A stretch of 64,000 bases of DNA, taken from positions 23,032 to 87,031 of the forward strand of contig CAXNKG010000003.1 in assembly GCA_964202965.1 (NCBI GenBank), read 5' to 3'. Every line of letters starts with the position of its first letter. Within the stretch, counting starts at the first letter, position 1. The notes below the pieces were generated by a model. It was not told where the DNA came from. It made no database searches and saw only the letters and a list, made by a program, of their open reading frames with translations. Positions 33,171 through 45,011 of the stretch are shown here, piece after piece. The position numbers and the translations under genes are program-made. This stretch comes from Vicinamibacterales bacterium. GTDB taxonomy: Bacteria > Acidobacteriota > Vicinamibacteria > Vicinamibacterales > UBA2999.

Positions 33171-33589
33171 AAGCGTCGCAGCTTTCCGTAAGCCGAATCC
33201 TGTCCAGCCGTCGCGGCCTTGCGGCCGCTATGACCTGGACGACCATTCCTCTAGGCCCGCGATTGCTCGCGGGCTCAAGCGACCTACCCGGTGGCTTCGG
33301 ACGGGCCGTCCTCAAACGCCACCCTATTTGGTCTTGCTCCGTGCGGGGTTTTGCCTGCCACCCGTGTTGCCACGGGCGCGGTGCGCTCTTACCGCACCTT
33401 TTCACCCTTACCCACCATAGCGCCGAGGCGCGACGGTGGGCGGTATTTTTTCTGTGCCACTATCCGTCAAGTTGCCCTGCCCGGGCGTTACCCGGCGCAC
33501 TGCCCTCTGGAGTTCGGACTTTCCTCCCGCCTCCGCCGTTGGCCGTGAAGCCCGCGCGGAGACCGGCGGTCGTCTGGATTACTGCGACT
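33171..33589 (-). ncRNA. rnpB: RNase P RNA, bacterial type A
   Basis: The minus strand contains the universal cores GGAGGAAAGTCCGAACTCC, AAGGGTGAAAAGGTGCGGTAAGAGCGCACC and ACAGGATTCGGCTTAC. P1 pairing is GTCGCAG (33588..33582) with CTGCGAC (33181..33175). Only junk ORFs occur on both strands. The ends are approximate. Confidence 0.92.
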
Positions 33590-33594
33590 CCACG

Positions 33595-33600
33595 ATTATG
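33595..33600 (-). promoter_or_regulatory. candidate -10 box (CATAAT) for rnpB
   Basis: CATAAT ends 6-7 nt upstream of the predicted 5' end of the P1 helix. It lies between the regulator stop (33605) and rnpB. No good -35 was seen. Confidence 0.3.
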
Positions 33601-33604
33601 GCAC

Positions 33605-35038
33605 CTACCCGTCGAGTTCCTGCTTGATCCCGTGCTGTTCCAGCTTCTTGTACAGGTTGCTGCGGGGCGTATCGATCACCTCAGCCGTCTTCGAGATGTT
33701 CCAGTTGTTCTCCCGGAGCTTCTGCACGAGGAAGGCCCGCTCCGCCACATCCTTGAACTCGCGCAGGGTGCCGGCGCCCGTCCCCGCGATGTCCGCGGGC
33801 GCTGCTTCCGCCGGGGCTTCGAGCCGGCTGACGCCCGGCTCTGCATCAGCGTCCGGCGGGCGCGCCGCGCCCTCTCCCCTCATGTCCCGCGGCAAGTCCT
33901 CCGTGCGTACGCTGTCGCCCGCAGCCATGATCAGCACGCGCTCGACGGTGTTGCGCAGCTCGCGGATGTTTCCCCGCCAGCGGTACCGCTGGAGCGCCTC
34001 CAGCGCGCGCGCGTCGAAGCGCTTGGGCCGGAGGTTGTGCTCCTCGCTGATGCGCTTCGCGAAGTGCTGCACGAGCGCCGGAATGTCGGCCTTCCGGTCG
34101 CGCAGCGGCGGCACGACGATCGGGATGACATTCAGCCGGAAGAAGAGATCCTCACGGAACTCGCCCCGCGCGATCGCGTCCTCGAGGTCCTTGTTGGTGG
34201 CCGCGATGACGCGCACGTCCACCTTGATGGTACGCGCCGACCCGAGCCGTTCGACTTCCTGCTCCTGCAGCACCCGCAGGACCTTGGCCTGCGTCTTGGG
34301 GCTCATGTCGCCGATTTCATCCAGGAAGATCGTGCCGCGGTCGGCCTGCTCGAACTTGCCGATCTGCTTCTCGGTCGCGCCGGTGAACGATCCCCGTTCG
34401 TGCCCGAAGAGCTCCGACTCGATGAGTTCCTCCGGAATCGCCGCGCAGTTCACCTGGACGAACCGCTGCCCCGCCCTGGAGCTGTTCCGGTGAATCGTCC
34501 TGGCTACGAGCTCCTTCCCCGCACCGCTCTCGCCGAGCAGCAGCACGGTCGCATTGGTGGGGGCGGCACGTCTGACGTCCTCGAGCACCCGCCGGAGCGC
34601 CGGGCTGTCCCCGACGATCTCGTACTTCGCCTCCATCGCGAGCTTCAGCTCACGGTTCTCCTGCCGCAGATCCTGGGTCGCGAGCACGTTCTGGAGCGTG
34701 ACGATGACGCGCTCGCTGCTGAGGGGCTTGTCCAGGAAGTCGACCGCGCCGGACTTGATCGCGTCGACGGCGGTGCTGGTCGTGCCATGGCCGGAAATCA
34801 TCACCACAGGCATGGTGTCGTCGATGGCGCGGATCTGACGCAGCGTCTCCATGCCATCCATCCCTGGCATTTTGATGTCGAGCAGCACCACGTCCGGCCG
34901 TTCGCGCCGGAGGGCGGCGAGCCCCTCCTGCGCTGATCCCGCGCCGGTAAACCCGTAGTGTTCGTACTCGAGGATCATCCGCAACGAATCACGGATCGCC
35001 GGCTCGTCGTCGATGACCAGAATTTTGGGTTTCATCAC
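33605..35038 (-). CDS. NtrC-family sigma-54-dependent response regulator (REC-AAA+-HTH)
   Basis: KILVIDDEPAIRDSL...VLLDIKMPGMDG; GESGAGKE; near-canonical ELFGHERGSFTGA; GNIRELRN; C-terminal Fis-type HTH. Confidence 0.92.
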   Translation of the reverse strand: MMKPKILVIDDEPAIRDSLRMILEYEHYGFTGAGSAQEGLAALRRERPDVVLLDIKMPGMDGMETLRQIRAIDDTMPVVMISGHGTTSTAVDAIKSGAVDFLDKPLSSERVIVTLQNVLATQDLRQENRELKLAMEAKYEIVGDSPALRRVLEDVRRAAPTNATVLLLGESGAGKELVARTIHRNSSRAGQRFVQVNCAAIPEELIESELFGHERGSFTGATEKQIGKFEQADRGTIFLDEIGDMSPKTQAKVLRVLQEQEVERLGSARTIKVDVRVIAATNKDLEDAIARGEFREDLFFRLNVIPIVVPPLRDRKADIPALVQHFAKRISEEHNLRPKRFDARALEALQRYRWRGNIRELRNTVERVLIMAAGDSVRTEDLPRDMRGEGAARPPDADAEPGVSRLEAPAEAAPADIAGTGAGTLREFKDVAERAFLVQKLRENNWNISKTAEVIDTPRSNLYKKLEQHGIKQELDG

Positions 35039-35043
35039 AAACA

Positions 35044-35129
35044 GGTTCCGGGTTCCACGTTCCGGGTTCCGGGTTCGATCGCAACGCCGAACATGAACCT
35101 GGAACCCGGAACCTGGAACTCGGAACTGT
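35044..35129. repeat. inverted pair of heptanucleotide arrays (GGTTCCG units) forming a long imperfect hairpin
   Basis: GGTTCCG GGTTCCA CGTTCCG GGTTCCG GGTTCGA - tcgcaacgc - CGAACAT GAACCTG GAACCCG GAACCTG GAACTCG GAACTGT. It fills the gap between the protease stop (35136) and the regulator start (35038). Confidence 0.85.
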
Positions 35130-35135
35130 CGAAGT

Positions 35136-36617
35136 TCACCGTTCCAGTGTGACGGTTTCGAGCGTGCGCTGGCCGAGCTCGGGCTTGTAGACGTACATCG
35201 TGAGAATGTCGCCGGGCGAGACGCGGTCGGTCAGCCGCCGGTAGTCGTCCACGCCCGCCACGCGCTGGCGATTGATTTCGAGCACCACATGGCCGCGCTC
35301 GATGTCGGCGTCGAACGCGGGACTCATCGCCTCGACGCGCGACACGATGACGCCGCGCATGCCGTCCGGCAGGCGGTACCGGCCCGCTGACTCCTCGTCG
35401 AGTTCGCGGACCGACAGTCCGATCGGCGAACCTCGATACGTCGACGGCTCAGGCCGTGAGCCCTCCGTGGCCGGGCGATCCCGTCCCGGCCGCTCGGCGA
35501 GCTTCACCGTGACGTTCAGGGAGCGGCCGTCGCGCAGCACCTGCAGCGTCGCGGCCGAGCCTGGCTCGCGGGCCGCGATCAGCTGGATGAGCGAATCGTT
35601 GCTCTCAATGGAGCGGCCGTCCACCGCGACAATGACGTCGTAGGTCCGGATGCCGGCGCGGGCCCCTGGCGAATCGGGGGTCACGTCCTGGACGAGCGCG
35701 CCGGTGGCGGACGCGAGGTTCAGCGACTGCTGGAGGTCCCGATCGACGTCCCGGAGCGTCACGCCGATGTAGCCGCGCGACACCCGTCCCTTGTCGCGCA
35801 ATTGCGGCAGGATCTCGCTGGCCTGGTTGATCGGCACGGCAAAACCGATGTTCGCCGCGCGCGAGCTGATCGCCGAATTGATCCCGATGACGTCGCCGTC
35901 GGCATTGATCAGCGGCCCGCCGCTGTTGCCGAAGTTAATGGCCGCGTCCGTCTGGATGTAGCGATCCAGCGACCGGTCGAACAGCTTCCGGCCGATGAAG
36001 CTGACCACGCCCACCGTCACGGTGTGCTCGTACGCCAGCGGGTTGCCGATCGCGATGACCCACTCGCCTACCCGCAGCGCATCGGAGTTGCCCAGGGGCG
36101 CATGCGGCAGCGGCCCGGCCGCCTCGACCTTGACGAGGGCGATGTCGGTATCGGGATCCGAGCCGACCGTGGTGCCGCGCAGCTCGCGGCCGTCACTGAG
36201 GCGAACCATGATCCGGTCGGCGCCTTCGATCACGTGATGATTCGTGAGGATGAACCCCTCGGCATCGATGAGGAAGCCGGTCCCCGCGCCGCGGCGGGGT
36301 CCGTCAGGATCCTGAGGCTGTGGCCGCTGGAAGATGTCGGGCCCGTTCGGAAAGGGCGACGTCCGCCGCCGGCGCGGGGCCTCACCGCGGGTGGTCGCGC
36401 CGATGTTGACGACCGTCGGATTCAGGCGCTCGGCGACGTCGGCAAAGGACGCGGTCGCGATGGCTATGCGGGTCGCCGGCGTGTCGGCGACGCGCGGCGC
36501 GGGCGGCGTGGCGGAGATGGCCGGCGCGGGGGTCATGGAGCCCGCGACAACAAGGCCGACGAGAAACGCGACCGTCGCGGCCAACGCCGACGTCACCGCC
36601 AGGAACCGCCGGGTCAT
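35136..36617 (-). CDS. DegP/HtrA-family periplasmic serine protease with two PDZ domains
   Basis: ATG 36617 (MTRRFLAVTSALAATVAFLVG). Catalytic triad contexts TNHHVIEGA, DTDIALVKV, GNSGGPLIN. The upstream part of track ORF 35136..36731 overlaps ligA. Confidence 0.9.
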   Translation of the reverse strand: MTRRFLAVTSALAATVAFLVGLVVAGSMTPAPAISATPPAPRVADTPATRIAIATASFADVAERLNPTVVNIGATTRGEAPRRRRTSPFPNGPDIFQRPQPQDPDGPRRGAGTGFLIDAEGFILTNHHVIEGADRIMVRLSDGRELRGTTVGSDPDTDIALVKVEAAGPLPHAPLGNSDALRVGEWVIAIGNPLAYEHTVTVGVVSFIGRKLFDRSLDRYIQTDAAINFGNSGGPLINADGDVIGINSAISSRAANIGFAVPINQASEILPQLRDKGRVSRGYIGVTLRDVDRDLQQSLNLASATGALVQDVTPDSPGARAGIRTYDVIVAVDGRSIESNDSLIQLIAAREPGSAATLQVLRDGRSLNVTVKLAERPGRDRPATEGSRPEPSTYRGSPIGLSVRELDEESAGRYRLPDGMRGVIVSRVEAMSPAFDADIERGHVVLEINRQRVAGVDDYRRLTDRVSPGDILTMYVYKPELGQRTLETVTLER

Positions 36618-36627
36618 CGTCTGTCCA

Positions 36628-39686
<3,059 letters not shown>

Positions 39687-39704
39687 AGCCGTCGATTTTA
39701 GCAG

Positions 39705-40490
39705 CTACGGCTTGAAGAGCCGTACGAAGTTGTCGCGCGTGGCCGCGGCGATGTCGCCCGCCGTGGTGCCGCGGAGAGCGGCGACCGCGCTGGCGACGTG
39801 GATCACCCGAGCCGGCTCGTTGCGGGTTCCCCGGTGCGGCACCGGCGCCAGGAAGGGGCTGTCGGTTTCGATGAGGAGCCGATCGATCGGCACGAGCCTC
39901 GCGACGTCATGGAGCTCGTGTGCCCGCGGGAATGTCACGATGCCCGCCAGCGAGAGGTAGAAGCCGAGATCGAGCGCGCGCGCCGCCATGGCGCGGTCGC
40001 CCGTGAAGCAGTGCAGGACCACGCCGGTGTCGCCGGCGGATTCCTCCGCCAGTACGCGGAACGTATCCTCCTCTGCCTCCCGGGTATGGATGATGATGGG
40101 CAGCGCCAGGCGGCGGGCGGCGCGGATCTGTTCGCGGAAGACCGCCTGCTGCACATCGCGCGGCGCGAAGTCGTAGTGGTAGTCGAGCCCAATCTCCCCA
40201 AGTGCGCGGGCGGCGGGCCGGCCGGCGATGCGCGCCTCCACCAGGCGGGCCGCGCGGCCCGGGTCGTCCGCAAACTGCGCAGCGGCGTGGGGGTGGACCC
40301 CAACGGACAGCCTGATCGCGTCCCAGGCGGCGGTCACGACGTTGGCGCGCTCGTACTCCGCCTCGTCATCCGCCGCGATGATGACGAGCGCCCCCGTCAG
40401 CCCGGCGGCCCGGGCGCGCTCGATGACGGCTGGAAGATCGGCCTCGAACTCCTCGCCGGCCAGGTGGCAGTGCGAGTCAACGAAAGTCAA
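39705..40490 (-). CDS. tatD: TatD-family metal-dependent hydrolase
   Basis: TTG start giving (M)TFVDSHCHLAG; IIHTREAEEDT; LLIETDSPFLAP. Confidence 0.9.
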   Translation of the reverse strand: MTFVDSHCHLAGEEFEADLPAVIERARAAGLTGALVIIAADDEAEYERANVVTAAWDAIRLSVGVHPHAAAQFADDPGRAARLVEARIAGRPAARALGEIGLDYHYDFAPRDVQQAVFREQIRAARRLALPIIIHTREAEEDTFRVLAEESAGDTGVVLHCFTGDRAMAARALDLGFYLSLAGIVTFPRAHELHDVARLVPIDRLLIETDSPFLAPVPHRGTRNEPARVIHVASAVAALRGTTAGDIAAATRDNFVRLFKP

Positions 40491-40520
40491 AGGTCAAAAG
40501 TCAAAAGTCAAAAGTCAGGG
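40486..40520. repeat. heptanucleotide tandem array (GTCAAAR x5)
   Basis: GTCAAAG GTCAAAA GTCAAAA GTCAAAA GTCAGGG lies in the 38-nt gap between the metG stop and the tatD start. The tatD TTG codon lies in the first unit. Confidence 0.85.
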
Positions 40521-40528
40521 AGTCGGCG

Positions 40529-42493
40529 TCATCGAACTCGAGCACCTGGCGGCACGTCCTGCTCGAAGCTCACGAGAACAGGCTTCCCGCCGTCGATGCT
40601 CCCGGCGAGCACCATGCCGTTCGACTCGATCCCCATCAACGTGGCAGGCTGCAGATTCGCCACGATGACGATCGTCCGGCCGACGAGCTGCTCCGGCTGA
40701 TACGCCTCCGCGATGCCGGCGACAATCGTCCGCTGATCCTGGCCGGTGTCGACCGTGAGCTTGAGGAGCTTTTTCGATTTCGGGACAGCCTCGGCTGTGA
40801 GGACCTTTGCCACGCGCAGCTCCACCTTCATGAACTCGTCGATGGTGATGCGTGAATCGGCCTTGGGCACTGGAGGCGGAGCGCTGACAGGCGCCGAGTC
40901 AGTGGGTGAAGGTTGTGACGGTTGTTCGGGCGATGTCATAGCTCGCAGCTCCTCGACTGTCTTTTCAATGCGTGGAAACAATGGCTCGGTTGGACCGAGA
41001 CGTGTGCCCGGGGCAAGCGTCCCCGCCTTCAGGCCCGTCCACGGCTCCTGCGGGATCCCCAGCATCGTCCGAATCCGCTCGGCCGCCTGGGGCATGACCG
41101 GGTCGATCAGCGCCGCGGTCACGCGAAGCGCGTCGGCCGAGTGGTACAGCGTGGCGTCCAGCAGCGCCTTCGCGTCCGGCCGCTTGGCGAGGGACCAGGG
41201 CTCGCGCTTCACGATGTACTGGTTCACCGATCGAATCAGCTCCCACGTGTCCTGCAGCGCGAGCGTGATCTGAAACGTGGCGAAATTCCGAACGACGCCA
41301 TCAATGGCGCGCGCCAGCTGCATCTCGAGATCGCGGTCGAGCGGTCCACGGGCGGCCTCTGGCGAGTCGGGCACTATCCCGCCGCTGTACCGGTGGATCA
41401 TCGTTGTCGTGCGGCTGACGAGGTTGCCGAGATCGTTGGCAAGGTCCGCGTTGAACCGCGTCAGGACGCCTTCGTCCGAGAAGTTCGCGTCGAGCCCCAG
41501 CGGCATTTCGCGCATGACGAAATACCGCAGCGCGTCGAGGCCGAAGACGTCCACGTAGTCCTGATACCGGGCGACATTCCCCACCGACTTCGACATTTTC
41601 GCGCCGCCCATCAGCCACCAGCCATGTGCGACGACGCGGTCCGGCGGCTTCAGGCCGGCCGCCATCAGGAACGCCGGCCAGTACAGCGCATGCTGGCGAA
41701 GGATTTCCTTGCCGATCAGGTGCGTCACGCCGGGCCAGAACCGCTGCATGCGCGACTCTGCCTGGGGATCGCCGGATCCAAAGCCAAGAGCGGTGAGGTA
41801 ATTCGTCAGCGCGTCGAACCAGACGTACATGACGTGCGCCGGGTCGCCGGGAACAGGAATCCCCCACTGACACGACGTGCGGCTGATGCTCAGGTCCTGC
41901 AACCCGGCCTCTACAAACGCGCGCACTTCGTTGAAGCGGAAATCGGGCTGGACGAACGTCGGATTCGCCGCGTAGAAGTCGAGGAGCGGCTGCTGGTACT
42001 TCGAAAGGCGAAAGTAATAACTCTCCTCCTTCAGCCGCTCCACTTTGCTGCCGCAGGTTGGACACTTCCCTTCCACCAGCTGCGTTTCGGGGACGAAGAT
42101 CTCGTCAACGGTGCAGTACCACCCCTCGTAATCACCCTTGTAGATATCCCCCCGGTCCGCGACACGCTTCCACAATTCCTGCGCCGCCCGGTGGTGACGC
42201 GGTTCCGTCGTCCGGACGAAATCGTTGTTCGAGATCTGGAGGTCCCCGCACATCTGCTGGAAGGACGCCGCAACCTCGTCGGCAAAGACCTTCGTCGCCT
42301 GGTGTCCCGCCTTCTGCGCCGCCCGCTCCACCTTCTGGCCGTGCTCGTCGGTGCCGGTCAGGAAGAAGACGTCGTCGCCCAGGAGCCGGCGCGACCGCGC
42401 GATCGCATCGGCGACCATCGTCGTGTACGCATGGCCGATGTGCGGTCGGGCATTGATGTAGTAGATCGGGGTCGTGATGTAGAACGGTTTCAT
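40529..42493 (-). CDS. metG: methionine--tRNA ligase with C-terminal tRNA-binding (EMAP/Trbp111-like) domain
   Basis: FYITTPIYYINARPHIGHAYT (HIGH), KMSKS present, zinc knuckle CPTCGSKV, C-terminal VAKVLTAEAVPKSKKLLKLTVD. Confidence 0.97.
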   Translation of the reverse strand: MKPFYITTPIYYINARPHIGHAYTTMVADAIARSRRLLGDDVFFLTGTDEHGQKVERAAQKAGHQATKVFADEVAASFQQMCGDLQISNNDFVRTTEPRHHRAAQELWKRVADRGDIYKGDYEGWYCTVDEIFVPETQLVEGKCPTCGSKVERLKEESYYFRLSKYQQPLLDFYAANPTFVQPDFRFNEVRAFVEAGLQDLSISRTSCQWGIPVPGDPAHVMYVWFDALTNYLTALGFGSGDPQAESRMQRFWPGVTHLIGKEILRQHALYWPAFLMAAGLKPPDRVVAHGWWLMGGAKMSKSVGNVARYQDYVDVFGLDALRYFVMREMPLGLDANFSDEGVLTRFNADLANDLGNLVSRTTTMIHRYSGGIVPDSPEAARGPLDRDLEMQLARAIDGVVRNFATFQITLALQDTWELIRSVNQYIVKREPWSLAKRPDAKALLDATLYHSADALRVTAALIDPVMPQAAERIRTMLGIPQEPWTGLKAGTLAPGTRLGPTEPLFPRIEKTVEELRAMTSPEQPSQPSPTDSAPVSAPPPVPKADSRITIDEFMKVELRVAKVLTAEAVPKSKKLLKLTVDTGQDQRTIVAGIAEAYQPEQLVGRTIVIVANLQPATLMGIESNGMVLAGSIDGGKPVLVSFEQDVPPGARVR

Positions 42494-43686
42494 ACTGGCT
42501 GGGGACCTTGTCCCGCGCGCCGATCGAGGAAGGCCTTGATGGCAGCCGCGTGGACTTCCTTGACGGGTCTGCCGGCCGCGGCTGCGACGCGGACGCAGTC
42601 GTCGAATTCCGGTGAGGCGTTGAGAATCTCCCCATCACGCCGCGCCACTTTGACGGCCACCGGGCCGTACGGCGTCTGCACCGTCACGCTCTCGCGCTCG
42701 AGACATTCCCGCTTCATTTCGTGGTAGCGCACCCCGATCGTCGTCGTCTCCCGAAAGACGATGGAGGTCAGTGCTTCGCGTGCGCCCGGAGCCGCGACGA
42801 TCGACAGGAGCGTGCCCGGGCGGTTCTTCTTCATCTGAATGGACGTATAGAACACGTCCAGGGCGCCCGCCGCCAGGAGCTGGTCGATGAGCACCCCGAA
42901 GATCTGCGGGTTCATGTCGTCGATCTCGGCCTCGATCAGCACGACGCTGTGGGTGTGCGCGCGGTTCTCGGTCTGCCCCACCAGCACCCTGAGGACGTTC
43001 GGCGTGTCCTTGAAGTCACGCGACCCGGCGCCGTACCCCACGCGATCGAGGCGCATCGGCGGCACCGGACCATAGTGGCCGGCGTAGTGGGTAATCAGCA
43101 GCGCACCCGTCGGCGTGACAAGTTCGCCCTGCCCGCCGGCGTAGATGGGCGCCCCCGCCAGGAGTCTCGCGGTCGCCGGCGCCGGGACCGGATAGAGGCC
43201 GTGAGACGTCTGCACGGTGCCGCTGCCGACATTCAGCGGCGACGCAGACACCTCGTCGACGCCAAGCTGCTCCATGGCGAACACGGCGCCGACGATGTCG
43301 ATAATCGAATCAAGCGCGCCCACCTCATGCAGATGCACCTTCTCCACCGGCATCGCGTGAATCGCGGCTTCAGCCTCCGCCAGGCGGGCAAACAGGCCCT
43401 TGGCGGTGTCCCTCGCGGCCGGCGAGAGCGCCGACCCGTCAATCAGCCGGTAGACCTCGGCGACGTGACGATGGGGGTGCGCCTTCGTCTGTTCATCGCG
43501 CACCTGGAACTTCGTGGCGGATATGCCCGCGCGCGTCACGCGCTCGGTCCAGACCTCCTCATGCCCGATCGGCAGGCTTCCGAGGGCCGCGCGTACGTCC
43601 GCGAGCGGCACTCCGGAATCGAGCAGCGCGCCGAGGATCATGTCGCCGGATGCGCCGGAGAAGCAGTCGAAGTGCAGGTGGGTCAC
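42490..43686 (-). CDS. larC: nickel insertion protein LarC (DUF111 family)
   Basis: MTHLHFDCFSGASGDMILGALLD..., full-length DUF111 architecture. ATGA overlap with metG. Confidence 0.85.
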   Translation of the reverse strand: MTHLHFDCFSGASGDMILGALLDSGVPLADVRAALGSLPIGHEEVWTERVTRAGISATKFQVRDEQTKAHPHRHVAEVYRLIDGSALSPAARDTAKGLFARLAEAEAAIHAMPVEKVHLHEVGALDSIIDIVGAVFAMEQLGVDEVSASPLNVGSGTVQTSHGLYPVPAPATARLLAGAPIYAGGQGELVTPTGALLITHYAGHYGPVPPMRLDRVGYGAGSRDFKDTPNVLRVLVGQTENRAHTHSVVLIEAEIDDMNPQIFGVLIDQLLAAGALDVFYTSIQMKKNRPGTLLSIVAAPGAREALTSIVFRETTTIGVRYHEMKRECLERESVTVQTPYGPVAVKVARRDGEILNASPEFDDCVRVAAAAGRPVKEVHAAAIKAFLDRRAGQGPQPV

Positions 43687-43695
43687 ACCTGACCA

Positions 43696-44403
43696 TTATT
43701 CCCCGCAGGGGTGCAGGCGTCCAGCTTCGACGAGTGAAAAGTAGCGCTGATCGGCCAGGATCACGTGATCGACGACGTCGATGCCCATGATGGTCCCGGC
43801 ACTGACCATGCGCGTGGTGAGGACGAGATCGTCGGGGCTCGGCGTCGGATCCCCCGACGGATGGTTGTGGAAGAGGACGATCGCCGCCGCCGACGCGGAC
43901 GCCGCCTCCCTGAACACCTCGCGTGGGTGGACCACGGTCGCGTCGAGCGAGCCGATCGACACGATCTTGATGCGAATGACCCGATGCCGGGTGTCAAGCA
44001 TCACGATCCCGAACTGCTCGACACTGCCGCCGCCGTACTGCGGCAGCAGATACGCCGCGAGCTCCCCGGGGGTTGTCAGCCGCGGCCGCTCCGCGGCGCC
44101 GCGCACGAGCGTACGGCGGCCGAGCTCTACGGCCGCAAGGACTCTCGCCGCGCGGACCGGTCCGACGCCGCGCACGTTCCGGAGATGGTCGAGCCCGAGT
44201 TTGGTCAGGCCGTGAACGCCGCCGGTATGCTCGATGAGTTCGTTGGCGACGCCGAGCGCATTCAGGTCCCGCGATCCGCTGCCGATGAGGACGGCAATCA
44301 GCTCGTTGTCGCCGAGGCCGCACGCGCCGAGGCGTTCGAGCTTCTCGCGCGGCCGATCGTGTGGTGCGACGTCTTTCATCGACGCTATACTCAATCTGCT
44401 CAT
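43696..44403 (-). CDS. radC: RadC-family JAB/MPN domain protein
   Basis: DRPREKLERLG...NELIAVLIGSG and LFHNHPSGDPTPSPDD (JAMM-like motif). Start is ATG 44403 or ATG 44379. Confidence 0.85.
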   Translation of the reverse strand: MSRLSIASMKDVAPHDRPREKLERLGACGLGDNELIAVLIGSGSRDLNALGVANELIEHTGGVHGLTKLGLDHLRNVRGVGPVRAARVLAAVELGRRTLVRGAAERPRLTTPGELAAYLLPQYGGGSVEQFGIVMLDTRHRVIRIKIVSIGSLDATVVHPREVFREAASASAAAIVLFHNHPSGDPTPSPDDLVLTTRMVSAGTIMGIDVVDHVILADQRYFSLVEAGRLHPCGE

Positions 44404-44986
44404 GACGCGGTCGTACCTGCCTGCCGTTCTGCTCTGCGCCGCCCTGCTCGTCACACCCGGATGCGCCGCACCACCCAACAAAGAGATGGACATGGCCCAG
44501 GGGGCGATCGACGCCGCGCGCGCGGCCGGGGCGGAGCAGTACGCGACGCCGGAGTACACGGCCGCGACCTCGTCACTCCAGAGCGCCCACGAGGCGGCGT
44601 CCGCCGGCGATTACCGGCTCGCCCTGAACCACGCGCTGACGAGTCACGAGCGTGCCCAGAACGCGGCCCGCGAAACAGCTAACTCCAAAGCGGCCATGCG
44701 TGCCGGCGTCGAGCGCACCATCGCCGAGCTGGACATGGCCGTCGCCCAGGCGGAGACCCGGCTGACGGCGGCGCGGGGATCCCGGGTGCCGCAGCGGCTT
44801 CTGGCCGGGCCGGTCGAGGCGCTCGCCACAATCCGGACGGATGTGCAAGAAGCGCGCACGGCGGTTGGCGAGGGTAATTACCTCGCCGCCGAAAAGGGTC
44901 TGGAAGGAATACGCGCACGAATTGACGCGGTCCTGGCCGCGATCGCGGAGGCCTCGACACCACCAGCCGCGCGACGCCGTCGTTAG
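44402..44986 (+). CDS. DUF4398-like helical lipoprotein
   Basis: MTRSYLPAVLLCAALLVTPGC lipobox, then an Ala-rich helical domain (YATPEYTAATSSLQSAHEAASAGDYRLA). Confidence 0.6.
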   Translation: MTRSYLPAVLLCAALLVTPGCAAPPNKEMDMAQGAIDAARAAGAEQYATPEYTAATSSLQSAHEAASAGDYRLALNHALTSHERAQNAARETANSKAAMRAGVERTIAELDMAVAQAETRLTAARGSRVPQRLLAGPVEALATIRTDVQEARTAVGEGNYLAAEKGLEGIRARIDAVLAAIAEASTPPAARRRR

Positions 44987-45011
44987 GCAGTACGCCGGAA
45001 CGTCGTCAGCT

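Noticed and set aside
35066-35082. GGGTTCGATC resembling a tRNA T-arm
   Set aside because: It is part of the GGTTCCG heptamer array. No acceptor stem, D-arm or anticodon arm can be built around it. I found no tRNA-like cloverleaf anywhere in the window.
40922-42727. 601-aa + ORF opposite metG/larC; likewise 52403..53686(-) opposite aroA and 60277..61632(+) opposite ccmF
   Set aside because: These are antisense shadows of genes with diagnostic motifs (HIGH/KMSKS, the EPSP synthase signatures, the WWD motif).
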